From Clostridia bacterium (GTDB taxonomy: Bacteria; Bacillota; Clostridia; Acetivibrionales; UBA4821): a stretch of 64,000 nucleotides of DNA. Of this stretch, positions 9,879 through 18,486 are shown in pieces. Each line of letters starts with the position of its first letter. The stretch's first letter is position 1. The notes under the pieces are model-generated. The model was given only the letters and a program-made list of their open reading frames with translations, searched no databases and had not been told where the DNA came from. A program made the translations under genes and the position numbers. The stretch spans positions 29,424 through 93,423 of the forward strand of contig JAWLCD010000001.1 in NCBI GenBank assembly GCA_041687355.1, given 5' to 3'.

Positions 9879-9991
9879 TAAATAATTAGGGCTGAGGTAC
9901 AGCAACCGGTGAGCCCATATCAGGCAGCAGGCAAGGGTTATTCTCCTGCTGAACACACAGCCTCCGGCAGAAGTCCAATAATATGTTACAT

Positions 9992-10336
9992 CTATACTAT
10001 TTTGTCACCCAGCTTCTTGCCACCCAGTAAATGAAAGTGCAGATGATATACTACCTGGCCTCCATCATGTCCATTGTTAACTATTACTCTAAAACCGCTG
10101 TCTTTTATGCCAACCTTTTCAGCAACCTTATTCACTGCAAGAAATATACCGGTCAGTACATCGGCATTCTCCCTGTTAATGGATGATACGCAATCTATGT
10201 GCTTCTTGGGTACAATCAGTACATGAACCGGAGCAGCTGGATTAATGTCGTTAAATGCTACAACCACATCATCTTCATATACTATTTCAGCAGGTATTTC
10301 CTTATTAATAATCTTGCAGAATATGCAGTCTGCCAT
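9992..10336 (-). CDS. HIT-family (histidine triad) nucleotide-binding protein
   Basis: 114 aa with the histidine triad HLHFHLLGG near the C-terminus. Confidence 0.9.
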   Translation of the reverse strand: MADCIFCKIINKEIPAEIVYEDDVVVAFNDINPAAPVHVLIVPKKHIDCVSSINRENADVLTGIFLAVNKVAEKVGIKDSGFRVIVNNGHDGGQVVYHLHFHLLGGKKLGDKIV

Positions 10337-10351
10337 ACTTAGCTCACCCTC

Positions 10352-11515
10352 CTAGATTATGCTTTCAATAAACATCGTAGAATTCATCCTGTCTCCTAAA
10401 AAAATCTCTCTGCTGTACAGCATAGGATTTCCTTTTTCATCGAATATCAGCTTTACATACGGGCGTGTGGGAAAATTCATGTCAATCCCTGAAATTATTC
10501 CAACCTGCCCTGTATTAAGTTTTACCCATTGTCCCTTATAGTATATGCAAACTTTGCTCAGTAGAACTTTAACAATCTCGTAGCTGAAAATATAATTACC
10601 ACTTCCAAATAGGAACTCTATTCTCTCATGCGGGCTTATCTTGTTTCTATAACACCTGTCATGGGAGATTGCACTGTATACATCACAAGCCGATAATATT
10701 TTCGCCGAGTTGTTTATTATATTTTCAGTCAAACCTTTTGGATATCCTGTACCATTGGACCTTTCATGATGCTGATAGATTATTTCCCGGACTTCCCTGT
10801 CTATTCCGGGAATCTCGCTTAACATCAATACCGACTGTGCGGCATGCTCACGAAGCATATCCGACTCCTGATGTGACAGCGGCGTTGTCTTAAATAGTAC
10901 ACTATCGTCAATCCGGGTCATTCCTACATCATGAAGAATAGCTGCCAAAGCAAGGTTTTTTAGCCGGGTTTCATTCAATCCCATATGGGCTCCTACCAAT
11001 GTACTCAGCAGTGCTACCTCGACGCTGTGGTTCAATAGGTACTGGGCTTTAACCCTGAGATTAATTAATAAATTAATAATATCTTTTGAACAAACGGTTC
11101 TTAAAATAGTTCTCTTTATTTCTCCGGAGTCAATATCTGGCCTAACGGTTTCCCTTGCACAGCTGTTTATCAGGTTTCCCAGCTGCACAAAGAAGGCATT
11201 ATGGACACTGAAGCTGTCTTCCTTATCTGGATAGACAGACTTAAGTATCTTTACCTCAGCACCCTTAACTTGCGAAGAGACTGACCCAATAACAATTCTC
11301 CCCGAACGGTCCCCGGCCGGAAACAGGTCATAGCTTCTCAAATATATTGAAACCGACGGAACCTTGAACTTCTTAATCTTCTTTAGAATATTCCTGGTAA
11401 TCTTCTTATCAGCGCGAAGAAGGAGTCTTCCATTTCTATCTCTTACATCTTGAGATACTATCATCCCCGAAACCAGGTCTTCCACAGAAACTTCAATGCA
11501 GTTATCCATGTCCAT
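10352..11515 (-). CDS. HD-GYP domain protein (putative c-di-GMP phosphodiesterase)
   Basis: Carries HDVGM and HHERSNGTGYP motifs. Start trimmed to the ATG at 11515, 8 nt after gggagggg. Confidence 0.8.
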   Translation of the reverse strand: MDMDNCIEVSVEDLVSGMIVSQDVRDRNGRLLLRADKKITRNILKKIKKFKVPSVSIYLRSYDLFPAGDRSGRIVIGSVSSQVKGAEVKILKSVYPDKEDSFSVHNAFFVQLGNLINSCARETVRPDIDSGEIKRTILRTVCSKDIINLLINLRVKAQYLLNHSVEVALLSTLVGAHMGLNETRLKNLALAAILHDVGMTRIDDSVLFKTTPLSHQESDMLREHAAQSVLMLSEIPGIDREVREIIYQHHERSNGTGYPKGLTENIINNSAKILSACDVYSAISHDRCYRNKISPHERIEFLFGSGNYIFSYEIVKVLLSKVCIYYKGQWVKLNTGQVGIISGIDMNFPTRPYVKLIFDEKGNPMLYSREIFLGDRMNSTMFIESII

Positions 11516-11635
11516 TTTTACTACCCCTCCCAGAGCCACATCATGGTTAGGAAACCCGTATTATTTCGTATCAATATATCGGCATATTGTCAGAAATAAA
11601 TTATATATCATCTCCAGTGCTCTATATATCTTCCT

Positions 11636-14275
11636 TTATTTAAGCATCCTCTCTGCAGCGTCTTTTGCCTTGAAGAGGGCTTCATCAATTTTTGAGACAT
11701 CCTTTCCACCCGCTTGGGCAACATCCGGTCTTCCTCCCCCGCCGCCTCCAGTTACTATGGCGGCTTCTTTGACTAAACTTCCTGAATTTATCCCTTTTTC
11801 AACAGCACTCTTTGTAGCCATGGCTACGAGTGTAACCTTTTCATCCTTGCTGCTAGCGAGAATTACAACTCCATTCTGAATCTTTGACCTGATTCTGTCT
11901 CCAATATTTCTCAACCCTTCTGCATCCATCTGATCAAATCTTGTGGCAACCACTTTTATACCTCTGATTTCATCAGCCCCAGATATTATTTCATCAATGT
12001 TTTCTGAAGCCATTCTGCCTTTCAGCGCTTCATTTTCTTTGGCTAACCTCTTAATCTCCGATACCAGACTCTCTGCTTTTTTTACAAAGTCCTGCGGAGA
12101 TGTTTTCATGACTTCAGCTGCTGCCTTTATTCTTTCTTCCAGGCCCTTTAGGTACCAGGCTGTTTCCAACCCGGTTACAGCTTCTATTCTCCTGACACCT
12201 GCGGATATACCCGATTCTCCGGTAATTTTAAACAGGCCTACCTTGGAAGTGTTATTCACATGGCATCCTCCACACAGCTCCAGGCTGTAATTACCCATAC
12301 TAACCAATCTTACTCTGCTCCCATACTTCTCACCGAAGAGGGCCATAGCTCCTCTCTTCTTTGCTGAATCAATTGTGGTTTCTTCAGCACAGACTTCAAG
12401 TCCCTCAAGTATTTTCCTGTTTACCGACTCTTCAATCCTTTCCAACTGTTCAGGAGTTACAGGTTCAAAATGGGTAAAATCAAATCTGAGCCTTTCAGGT
12501 TCCACCAAAGACCCTGCCTGAGTTACATGCTCCCCAAGAACCTCTCTTAAAGCCTTATGAAGCAGGTGTGTAGCAGAGTGATTTCTTATTATAGATGCTC
12601 TCCTGCATGAATCAATCTCGGCATTTACCAGGTCACCAGTGTTCAGTACTCCCTCTTCAACCACAGCAATATGCAGTATTTTTCCATCTCCGGCTTTCAC
12701 AGTATTATTAACATTGAGCCTGGCATTCTGCGACCATATTGTTCCGGTATCACCAACCTGTCCGCCGCTCTCTGCATAAAAAGGGGTTATATCCAGGATA
12801 ACGGCTGCTTGCTCTCCCTTACTGCAGGCTTCCACCATACTATTTCCCTTAATTATGGCAGCAACCCTTGCATTCTCCTTTACACTGGTATATCCGGTGA
12901 AATTACATACTACATCGCATTCCAGCCCTTCCAGTTCTTTTTTGTCCCAACCTGCTTCTCCTCCGCCCTGCCAAGATGCCCTTCCCTGTTCCTTCTGCTC
13001 GCTCATCTTGTCGGAGAACCCTTTTTCATCAAACTCCATTCCATGCTCTGCAAGTATTTCTCTTGTCAGGTCGGGTGGGAATCCGTACGTATCATAAAGC
13101 CTGAAAGTATTTTCGCCCGACAGGACCTTTTGGGACTTTGACTTCAACTCCTTTATAAAGTCACTTAGAATTGTCATACCTTGTTCAACCGTTTCACCAA
13201 ACCTCTCCTCTTCGTTTCTGATTATTCTTTTAATATAATCTTTCTTTTCTGCAAGCTCCGGGTATGCTCCTTCCGATTGTTTGATGACGGTACCTGCAAC
13301 ATCATGGAGAAACGGTTCTTTTAATCCCATTAGCCTTCCCTGCCGTGCAGCTCTACGTATAAGCCTCCTCAGCACATAGCCTCTGCCTTCATTTGAAGGT
13401 ACTATACCGTCAGAAATCATAAATGTAGTTCCTCTGATATGGTCGGCTATAATCCTGAGCGATACATCAGTCTTGTAGTCCTCTCCATACTTTCTATTGA
13501 ATATGCCGGCAGCATGGTCCAGCACGCTTCTTATGGTATCTACTTCAAACAGTGAATCAACTCCCTGCATAACCATAGCCATTCTCTCGAGACCCATGCC
13601 CGTATCAATATTAGGGTTGGCCAGCTGGTTATAATTGCCCTTTTCATCCTTGTCAAACTGCGTAAACACCAGGTTCCAGAACTCAATAAACCTATCGCAG
13701 CCGCATTCAATCGAACAATCCGGCTTGCCGCAGCCTGCTTCAGGTCCCCTGTCAAAATATATTTCCGAACACGGCCCACACGGTCCAAGACCTATTTCCC
13801 AGAAATTATCCTCCTTACCCATCCTGACTATTCTATCGGCTGAAACTCCAACCTGCTTATTCCAGATCTCAAATGCTTCGTCATCCTCTAGGTAGATTGA
13901 TACCCAGAGTCTCTCTTCGGGCAGTTCCAATACTTTAGTTACAAATTCCCAGGCCCAAGCAGTAGCTTCTTTCTTAAAATAATCTCCAAAGGAGAAATTA
14001 CCCAGCATCTCAAAGAAGGTTCCATGCCGTGCAGTTTTACCCACATTTTCAATGTCCGGTGTTCTTATACACTTCTGGCATGTAGTCACTCTTTTCCGCG
14101 GCGGTACTTCCTTTCCAGTAAAATACGGTTTCAGCGGTGCCATACCTGAATTGATAAGAAGCAGACTTGCATCGTTCTGAGGAACCAGCGGAAAGCTGGG
14201 AAGTCTTAGATGTTGTTTGCTTTCAAAAAAGCTCAGATATTTTTCACGAATTTCATTCAGACCCAATGGTTTCAT
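11636..14275 (-). CDS. alaS: Alanine--tRNA ligase
   Basis: 879 aa with class II AlaRS core motifs, an editing domain (HSATHLLH, CGGCHV) and a C-terminal DHHA1-like domain. Confidence 0.97.
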   Translation of the reverse strand: MKPLGLNEIREKYLSFFESKQHLRLPSFPLVPQNDASLLLINSGMAPLKPYFTGKEVPPRKRVTTCQKCIRTPDIENVGKTARHGTFFEMLGNFSFGDYFKKEATAWAWEFVTKVLELPEERLWVSIYLEDDEAFEIWNKQVGVSADRIVRMGKEDNFWEIGLGPCGPCSEIYFDRGPEAGCGKPDCSIECGCDRFIEFWNLVFTQFDKDEKGNYNQLANPNIDTGMGLERMAMVMQGVDSLFEVDTIRSVLDHAAGIFNRKYGEDYKTDVSLRIIADHIRGTTFMISDGIVPSNEGRGYVLRRLIRRAARQGRLMGLKEPFLHDVAGTVIKQSEGAYPELAEKKDYIKRIIRNEEERFGETVEQGMTILSDFIKELKSKSQKVLSGENTFRLYDTYGFPPDLTREILAEHGMEFDEKGFSDKMSEQKEQGRASWQGGGEAGWDKKELEGLECDVVCNFTGYTSVKENARVAAIIKGNSMVEACSKGEQAAVILDITPFYAESGGQVGDTGTIWSQNARLNVNNTVKAGDGKILHIAVVEEGVLNTGDLVNAEIDSCRRASIIRNHSATHLLHKALREVLGEHVTQAGSLVEPERLRFDFTHFEPVTPEQLERIEESVNRKILEGLEVCAEETTIDSAKKRGAMALFGEKYGSRVRLVSMGNYSLELCGGCHVNNTSKVGLFKITGESGISAGVRRIEAVTGLETAWYLKGLEERIKAAAEVMKTSPQDFVKKAESLVSEIKRLAKENEALKGRMASENIDEIISGADEIRGIKVVATRFDQMDAEGLRNIGDRIRSKIQNGVVILASSKDEKVTLVAMATKSAVEKGINSGSLVKEAAIVTGGGGGGRPDVAQAGGKDVSKIDEALFKAKDAAERMLK

Positions 14276-14289
14276 TATGTTGCCTCCTT

Positions 14290-14552
14290 TAATTTTTAAA
14301 CATGTAATAACTAAAAACCCCCGTCCATTCTAAATGGACAGGGGCGAAAGCTTCTCTCGCGGTACCACCCTGATTACCGGACCCTCCGGTATCTCTTTAA
14401 CCTTAACGCGGCAAACGTCACCACCTACTTCAAGTTCGGCAGAGCTGCTCCCGGGCGGCTTTCGCACCGAATCTACCGGGCACCTCTCACCAGCGGTTCC
14501 CTCTCTTCAGGTTAGACTCTGTACTACTTTCCCGTTCAAAGCATTTGGCTTT
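14290..14552 (-). promoter_or_regulatory. T-box riboswitch leader of alaS
   Basis: The minus strand contains the T-box sequence AGGGTGGTACCGCG (14361-14348). It also has the stem I elements GGGAAAGTAGTACAGAG and CTGAAGAGAGGGAACCGCTGGTGAGAG. A terminator lies just before the alaS SD. Candidate Ala specifier codons (GCU/GCC) occur in gagcaGCUcuGCCgaa, but I cannot assign the specifier with certainty. Confidence 0.85.
14303..14334 (-). terminator. T-box terminator hairpin
   Basis: The minus strand reads cccctgtccat-ttaga-atggacggggg followed by ttttt. Its 5' half can alternatively pair with the T-box sequence. Confidence 0.8.
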
Positions 14553-14558
14553 TAATAA

Positions 14559-14587
14559 ATTATATTTAAACAATACAAGTATGTCAA
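14559..14587 (-). promoter_or_regulatory. Consensus SigA promoter driving the alaS T-box leader
   Basis: The minus strand has TTGACA (14587-14582), a 17-nt spacer and TATAAT (14564-14559). Confidence 0.75.
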
Positions 14588-14616
14588 CCGGTTACTTTAA
14601 TTATCTTTCATTCCCT

Positions 14617-15603
14617 CTATTTCTGTTCTCTTGGATTAAACCTGGAGACCATCTGCAGCTGCTCAAAAAGCCTTCTTTCCTCATTTGTCATATCCTTAGG
14701 TACTGCTAACATAACCTCTGCAAACAGGTCTCCCCTACCTCCTCCTCCACTCCTGTAGCCTTTACCAGCCAATCTTAATCTCTGACCCGACTGGATTCCA
14801 GGAGGAACTTTAATAGACAGGGTTCCATCAATGGAAGGAATCTTGACCTGGCATCCCAAGGCTGCCTCCCAAGGACTGAGGTTAAGTTCAAAAACCATAT
14901 CAGAACCCTCAAGCTTTAACACAGGGTGTTCCTTAAGTCTGACCTTGATAAACAAGTCCCCTACCCGTCCATTAGCACCCTGGCGTCCAAGGCCTGATAG
15001 CCTGATTTTCTCTCCATCCCTTATTCCCGAAGGTATCTTCACGAGATATGACTTAACCTTGCCATCATGCTGCCTGATTGAAACCTTCTTTTCCGCTCCA
15101 AAAAATCCTTCCTCCAATGTTACCGTCATCTCGGTCTCAACGTCCGCTCCATCATGGAATACAGATTTGCGTGTATCATACTGTCTTTCAGTATATACCT
15201 TATAGTTTGGACCACTGGAACCTCCGAACCCCAAACCACTAATCAGATCATCCAGGTTGATTGCATTCTTACCGAAAAACACATTAAAAAAGTCACTAAA
15301 CGGACCGGCGTCGGTTCTGTATTCATATTTCATACCGCCGAATCCATACTGGGAGGGGTCAAAATCAAAGCCATTCTTAAAGTTAATATTTTTCCCGAGC
15401 ATATCATATTTCTTTTTCTTCTCCTGGTCGCCTAAAACCTCATACGCCTCATTAATATCCTTAAACTTTTCTTCAGCCTTCTTATCACCCGGATTAGCAT
15501 CCGGATGATACTGCTTGGCAAGTTTTCTGAATGCTTTTTTTATTTCATCCTGAGCTGCATTCTTGTCTACACCTAAAATTTCATAGTAGTTCTTATACTT
15601 CAT
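14617..15603 (-). CDS. J-domain co-chaperone without zinc finger (CbpA/DnaJ class II-like)
   Basis: 328 aa. It has an N-terminal J domain (YYEILGV...HPD), a G/F-rich linker and DnaJ C-terminal beta-sandwich repeats. There is no CxxCxGxG region. Confidence 0.85.
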   Translation of the reverse strand: MKYKNYYEILGVDKNAAQDEIKKAFRKLAKQYHPDANPGDKKAEEKFKDINEAYEVLGDQEKKKKYDMLGKNINFKNGFDFDPSQYGFGGMKYEYRTDAGPFSDFFNVFFGKNAINLDDLISGLGFGGSSGPNYKVYTERQYDTRKSVFHDGADVETEMTVTLEEGFFGAEKKVSIRQHDGKVKSYLVKIPSGIRDGEKIRLSGLGRQGANGRVGDLFIKVRLKEHPVLKLEGSDMVFELNLSPWEAALGCQVKIPSIDGTLSIKVPPGIQSGQRLRLAGKGYRSGGGGRGDLFAEVMLAVPKDMTNEERRLFEQLQMVSRFNPREQK

Positions 15604-15763
15604 AACATCCTCCCCAGTAACATCTCTGACCAGAATTCTTCAGTTTTTGATGTGACTATACCTACAACTATTTTACTTCAATTACTGTCAAGTGTAAACA
15701 CTGTATAAATTCACCTCTGATTATATAGGAAACGGATTAGCTATCAAAATAAGTAATTGAGAA

Positions 15764-15808
15764 ATCTGATTTTGCAATCCTTATAATCTGTCTATTTGTT
15801 TTCTCTTA
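15764..15808. repeat. Direct repeat DR1 (partner at 16003-16048)
   Basis: atctgattttgcaatccttataatctgtctatttgttttctctta aligns with atctcgattttgcagtccttatgagcagttaatttattttccctta at roughly 80 percent identity in a by-eye alignment. Confidence 0.7.
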
Positions 15809-15836
15809 GCTTATCAACTTTCCTCTGGCTATAGGT

Positions 15837-15933
15837 AAAATGAATTAACTGGCGAATAAGTTTGCGGAGACATCTTAGATAAACTATGCGAGGCTATGCT
15901 AGAATTTCAGGAAGAATTGACAGGACGTCAATT
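15837..15933. repeat. Intergenic repeat family 1, copy 1 (partner at 42891-42987)
   Basis: About 97 nt, roughly 85-90 percent identical to 42891-42987 in the same orientation. The shared blocks are gaattaactggcgaataagtt, tagataaactatgcga and gaagaattgacaggacgtcaatt. It contains the perfect inverted repeat GAATTGAC-aggac-GTCAATTC. Confidence 0.8.
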
Positions 15934-16002
15934 CTAGGAATTACTGAGCCACGATGGCGAATTAATTCCGGTCTAAAACTTGGTATAACAAGCATTCAGT
16001 TT

Positions 16003-16048
16003 ATCTCGATTTTGCAGTCCTTATGAGCAGTTAATTTATTTTCCCTTA
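16003..16048. repeat. Direct repeat DR2 (partner at 15764-15808)
   Basis: See DR1. The two copies flank about 190 bp that includes family-1 copy 1. Confidence 0.7.
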
Positions 16049-16052
16049 TATA

Positions 16053-16083
16053 AGATAGAGGGCCTTAGTAAGGCCCTCTATCT
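16053..16083 (-). terminator. Hairpin immediately after the hsp20 stop codon
   Basis: A 12-bp GC-rich stem agatagagggcc/ggccctctatct with a 7-nt loop. No clear U tract follows on either strand. Confidence 0.5.
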
Positions 16084-16538
16084 TATTGAATATCAATCAG
16101 TTTTTCTTTTGGCTTGGCAGGCTTTTCTTTTGGCAGCGTTACCTTAAGTATACCGTTATCAAACCTGGCTCTAATATTATCTTCCTTTATGTTCTCAAGG
16201 TAGAAGCTTCTGCTGGAAGTCCCCGACCTTCTCTCCCTCCTGATATAATTTGCTCCTTTTTCATCTACTTCCTCGTTCTGGTTTACAGTGATAGTCAAAG
16301 TACTGTCGGCAATATTCAGTCTGACGTTTTCTTTTGACACTCCTGGCAGTTCAGCTTCGATAGTGTATTCATTCTCTGTTTCCTTAATATCCGCCCTGAT
16401 TGGGTGGTAGTTGGAAACCAGGGTACCAAATGAGTTGTCAAAGAAACCATCCATTAGACTCCACAGCCTGCCGAAGTCCTCAAATCCTTTTGTCTGTAGT
16501 TCTCCGTGTCTTCTCCTGAAAGGAACCAAATCAAACAT
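16083..16538 (-). CDS. Hsp20/alpha-crystallin family small heat-shock protein
   Basis: Start trimmed to the ATG at 16538 (MFDLVPFRRRHG), behind aggagggg. The alpha-crystallin domain includes EYTIEAELPGV and GILKVTLPK. Confidence 0.9.
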   Translation of the reverse strand: MFDLVPFRRRHGELQTKGFEDFGRLWSLMDGFFDNSFGTLVSNYHPIRADIKETENEYTIEAELPGVSKENVRLNIADSTLTITVNQNEEVDEKGANYIRRERRSGTSSRSFYLENIKEDNIRARFDNGILKVTLPKEKPAKPKEKLIDIQ

Positions 16539-16557
16539 ATATACCCCTCCTTTGTTA

Positions 16558-16574
16558 TTTGACTTTTTCTGACC
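16558..16574 (-). promoter_or_regulatory. CtsR operator-like heptad repeat (proximal)
   Basis: The minus strand reads GGTCAGA-AAA-AGTCAAA. This is one mismatch from (A/G)GTCAAA-NAN-(A/G)GTCAAA. It lies about 20-35 nt upstream of the hsp20 ATG. Confidence 0.55.
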
Positions 16575-16621
16575 TTCTAACTTATTTATATCATGATTCC
16601 CTTCTATCTTCAATTTTTGAT

Positions 16622-16638
16622 TTTGACTTTCTTTGACT
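16622..16638 (-). promoter_or_regulatory. CtsR operator (distal), exact match to consensus
   Basis: The minus strand reads AGTCAAA-GAA-AGTCAAA. This exactly fits the CtsR direct-repeat consensus. A TACAAT -10-like hexamer lies 9 nt upstream. Confidence 0.7.
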
Positions 16639-16751
16639 TTCATGGTCTATTGTACTTAATTTTTTTTTACTCCCTATACATTTCTCTAAAATTCTAAATA
16701 TTACTCCATATTTTATACGGTAAATGTACTTTCAATACATTAGATTTCTAT

Positions 16752-16799
16752 AAAAAAACCAGGGTATGACTTAACCGGCATCCAGCCTGTTACCCCTGG
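16752..16799 (-). terminator. Rho-independent terminator after the fumarate hydratase genes
   Basis: The minus strand has the stem ccaggggta...taccctgg followed by ttttttt. Confidence 0.7.
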
Positions 16800-16822
16800 T
16801 TCTCTTCCTATCACTTTGATAT

Positions 16823-17371
16823 TTAATCAATCTTGTACATACTCTTGCCTGTTTCGTAAAGGTTGCTGCCCTCGGAGTCAATAATAACTGTTGCCGGGAA
16901 ATCAACCACTTCAAGCCTTCTTAACGCCTCGGGTCCGAGCTCGGGGTAAGCAATAACCTCCTGAGCCGAAACACACCGTGCGATTAATGCCCCTGCACCA
17001 CCTGTAGCGCCAAAATAAACAGCCCTATTTGACACCATTGCATCAATTACTTCCTTGCTTCTTGCGCCCTTACCAATCATGCCGCCCAACCCTAATTGTA
17101 TAAGTCTGGGCGCATAAGCATCCATTCTACCGCTTGTAGTTGGTCCTGCAGGTCCAATTACCTTGCCCGGTTTTGCAGGACAAGGCCCCACATAGTAAAT
17201 GATTTGGTCTCTGATATCTACCGGAAGCTCAGTTCCTTCATTCAATGCCTCAATCATTTTCTTGTGGGCCGCGTCCCTCGCAGCGTAAACAGTTCCATTA
17301 ATCAGCACCTCATCTCCGGCTTTCAGAGACAATATCATATCCTTAGTAAGCGGAGTAGTAATCCTTCGCAT
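16823..17371 (-). CDS. Fe-S type (class I) fumarate/tartrate hydro-lyase, beta subunit
   Basis: 182 aa with the typical beta-subunit sequence (GTVYAARDAAHKK, GPTTSGRMD). It overlaps the alpha-subunit stop by 1 nt. Confidence 0.9.
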   Translation of the reverse strand: MRRITTPLTKDMILSLKAGDEVLINGTVYAARDAAHKKMIEALNEGTELPVDIRDQIIYYVGPCPAKPGKVIGPAGPTTSGRMDAYAPRLIQLGLGGMIGKGARSKEVIDAMVSNRAVYFGATGGAGALIARCVSAQEVIAYPELGPEALRRLEVVDFPATVIIDSEGSNLYETGKSMYKID

Positions 17372-18213
17372 TACAGCACCCCCTCTGCATGCCTGGTCAC
17401 ATGGCAGTTAATATTTACTGCAGCCGGTAAGCCGGCTATGTGAGTAGCATAAGTTGCAATATTAACTTTCAATGCCGTTATTCTTCCTCCCAGCCCCATA
17501 GGACCGATACCCAATTTATTTATGCCTTTAAGCAGTTGTTCCTCAAGCTTCCTTAAATCCTCACGTGGATTTTCAGAATCCACTGGCCTGAGCAGTGCCC
17601 TCTTTGCCATGATGGCAGCTTTCTCCATGGTTCCCCCTATGCCTACCCCAACCACTATGGGTGGACAGGGGTTCGGGCCTGCCTTCTCTACAGTCTCAAG
17701 CACAAAATTAATTATTCCATCAACGCCGTCTGAGGGTTTGAGCATCTTAAGTGCACTCATATTTTCACTTCCGAACCCTTTTGGCGCAATCAGGATTTTA
17801 ACCTTATCTCCGGGTACAATGGAGTAATGCACCACAGCCGGCGTATTATCCCCAGTGTTTTTACGGTTTAACGGGTCACCAACAACTGAATTTCTAAAAT
17901 ACCCTTCCTTGTAGCCCTGCCTTACACCTTCATTTACAGCTTCCTCCAAAATTCCACCTATAAAGTGGACATCCTGACCTATTTCCATGAAAATAACTGT
18001 CATACCCGTATCCTGGCATATTGCTATGTTCTCTTGGTCCGCAATTTCGAAGTTTTCAATTATCTGGTCTAGTGTACTTTCCCCGGTTTGTGACTCTTCC
18101 TCAAGACTTGCGGTTTTGAGAGCCTTCTTCATGTCGTCACTCAAATGGCAGTTGGCTCTGATACACAGCTCCTTCACTGTTCTTGTAACTTCTGCAACAT
18201 TAATATCCCTCAT
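17371..18213 (-). CDS. Fe-S type (class I) fumarate/tartrate hydro-lyase, alpha subunit
   Basis: 280 aa with conserved Cys ligand regions (ICQDTG, GVGIGG). It is paired with the beta subunit. Confidence 0.9.
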   Translation of the reverse strand: MRDINVAEVTRTVKELCIRANCHLSDDMKKALKTASLEEESQTGESTLDQIIENFEIADQENIAICQDTGMTVIFMEIGQDVHFIGGILEEAVNEGVRQGYKEGYFRNSVVGDPLNRKNTGDNTPAVVHYSIVPGDKVKILIAPKGFGSENMSALKMLKPSDGVDGIINFVLETVEKAGPNPCPPIVVGVGIGGTMEKAAIMAKRALLRPVDSENPREDLRKLEEQLLKGINKLGIGPMGLGGRITALKVNIATYATHIAGLPAAVNINCHVTRHAEGVL

Positions 18214-18301
18214 TGTTCACCCCTCAAACTTTATGTTTTTCCCTATGATATTTTACCATATTGGTGCAGGGAAAAGAATAATATTATCACGAAAGGACTG
18301 T

Positions 18302-18353
18302 CAGAAGAACCGTCCCCGTGACAGGAGAGGCTGTCAGAGGGACGGTTCTTTTG
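18302..18353. other. Long nested GC-rich hairpin between the tuf terminator and the fumarate hydratase promoter
   Basis: The outer arms are agaaccgtccc and gggacggttct, and the inner arms are tgacag and ctgtca. The U-rich tail (ttttg) lies on the plus strand, not on the gene strand. Confidence 0.5.
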
Positions 18354-18442
18354 ACATGATTCTGGTTCTTGAAGTCAGCCATCAGCCACTTCATTAGCGG
18401 CGCGAAAAACTTTTTTCCCCGAGAAAAAAACTAACTAGACAC

Positions 18443-18478
18443 AAAAAAACTCCTACAGTTTCCTGTAGGAGTTTTTGC
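18443..18478 (-). terminator. Rho-independent terminator of tuf (symmetrical, potentially bidirectional)
   Basis: The stem is aaactcctacag-tttc-ctgtaggagttt, flanked by A and T runs. Confidence 0.85.
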
Positions 18479-18486
18479 TTTTCTGA

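Noticed and set aside
15886-16026. 46-codon ORF inside repeat family 1 (MRGYARISGRIDRTSILGIT...), with a counterpart starting at 42939
   Set aside because: It has no SD. The two copies differ only by non-synonymous changes and diverge completely after 16 residues. The copy-2 version continues antisense through yabG.
18246-18397. 50-codon plus-strand ORF (MIFYHIGAGKRIILSRKDCQKNRPRDRRGCQRDG...) ending near the nested hairpin
   Set aside because: It has no SD. Its repeated DCQ/GCQ peptide simply mirrors the two hairpin arms, and it is the tail of an antisense ORF over fumA.
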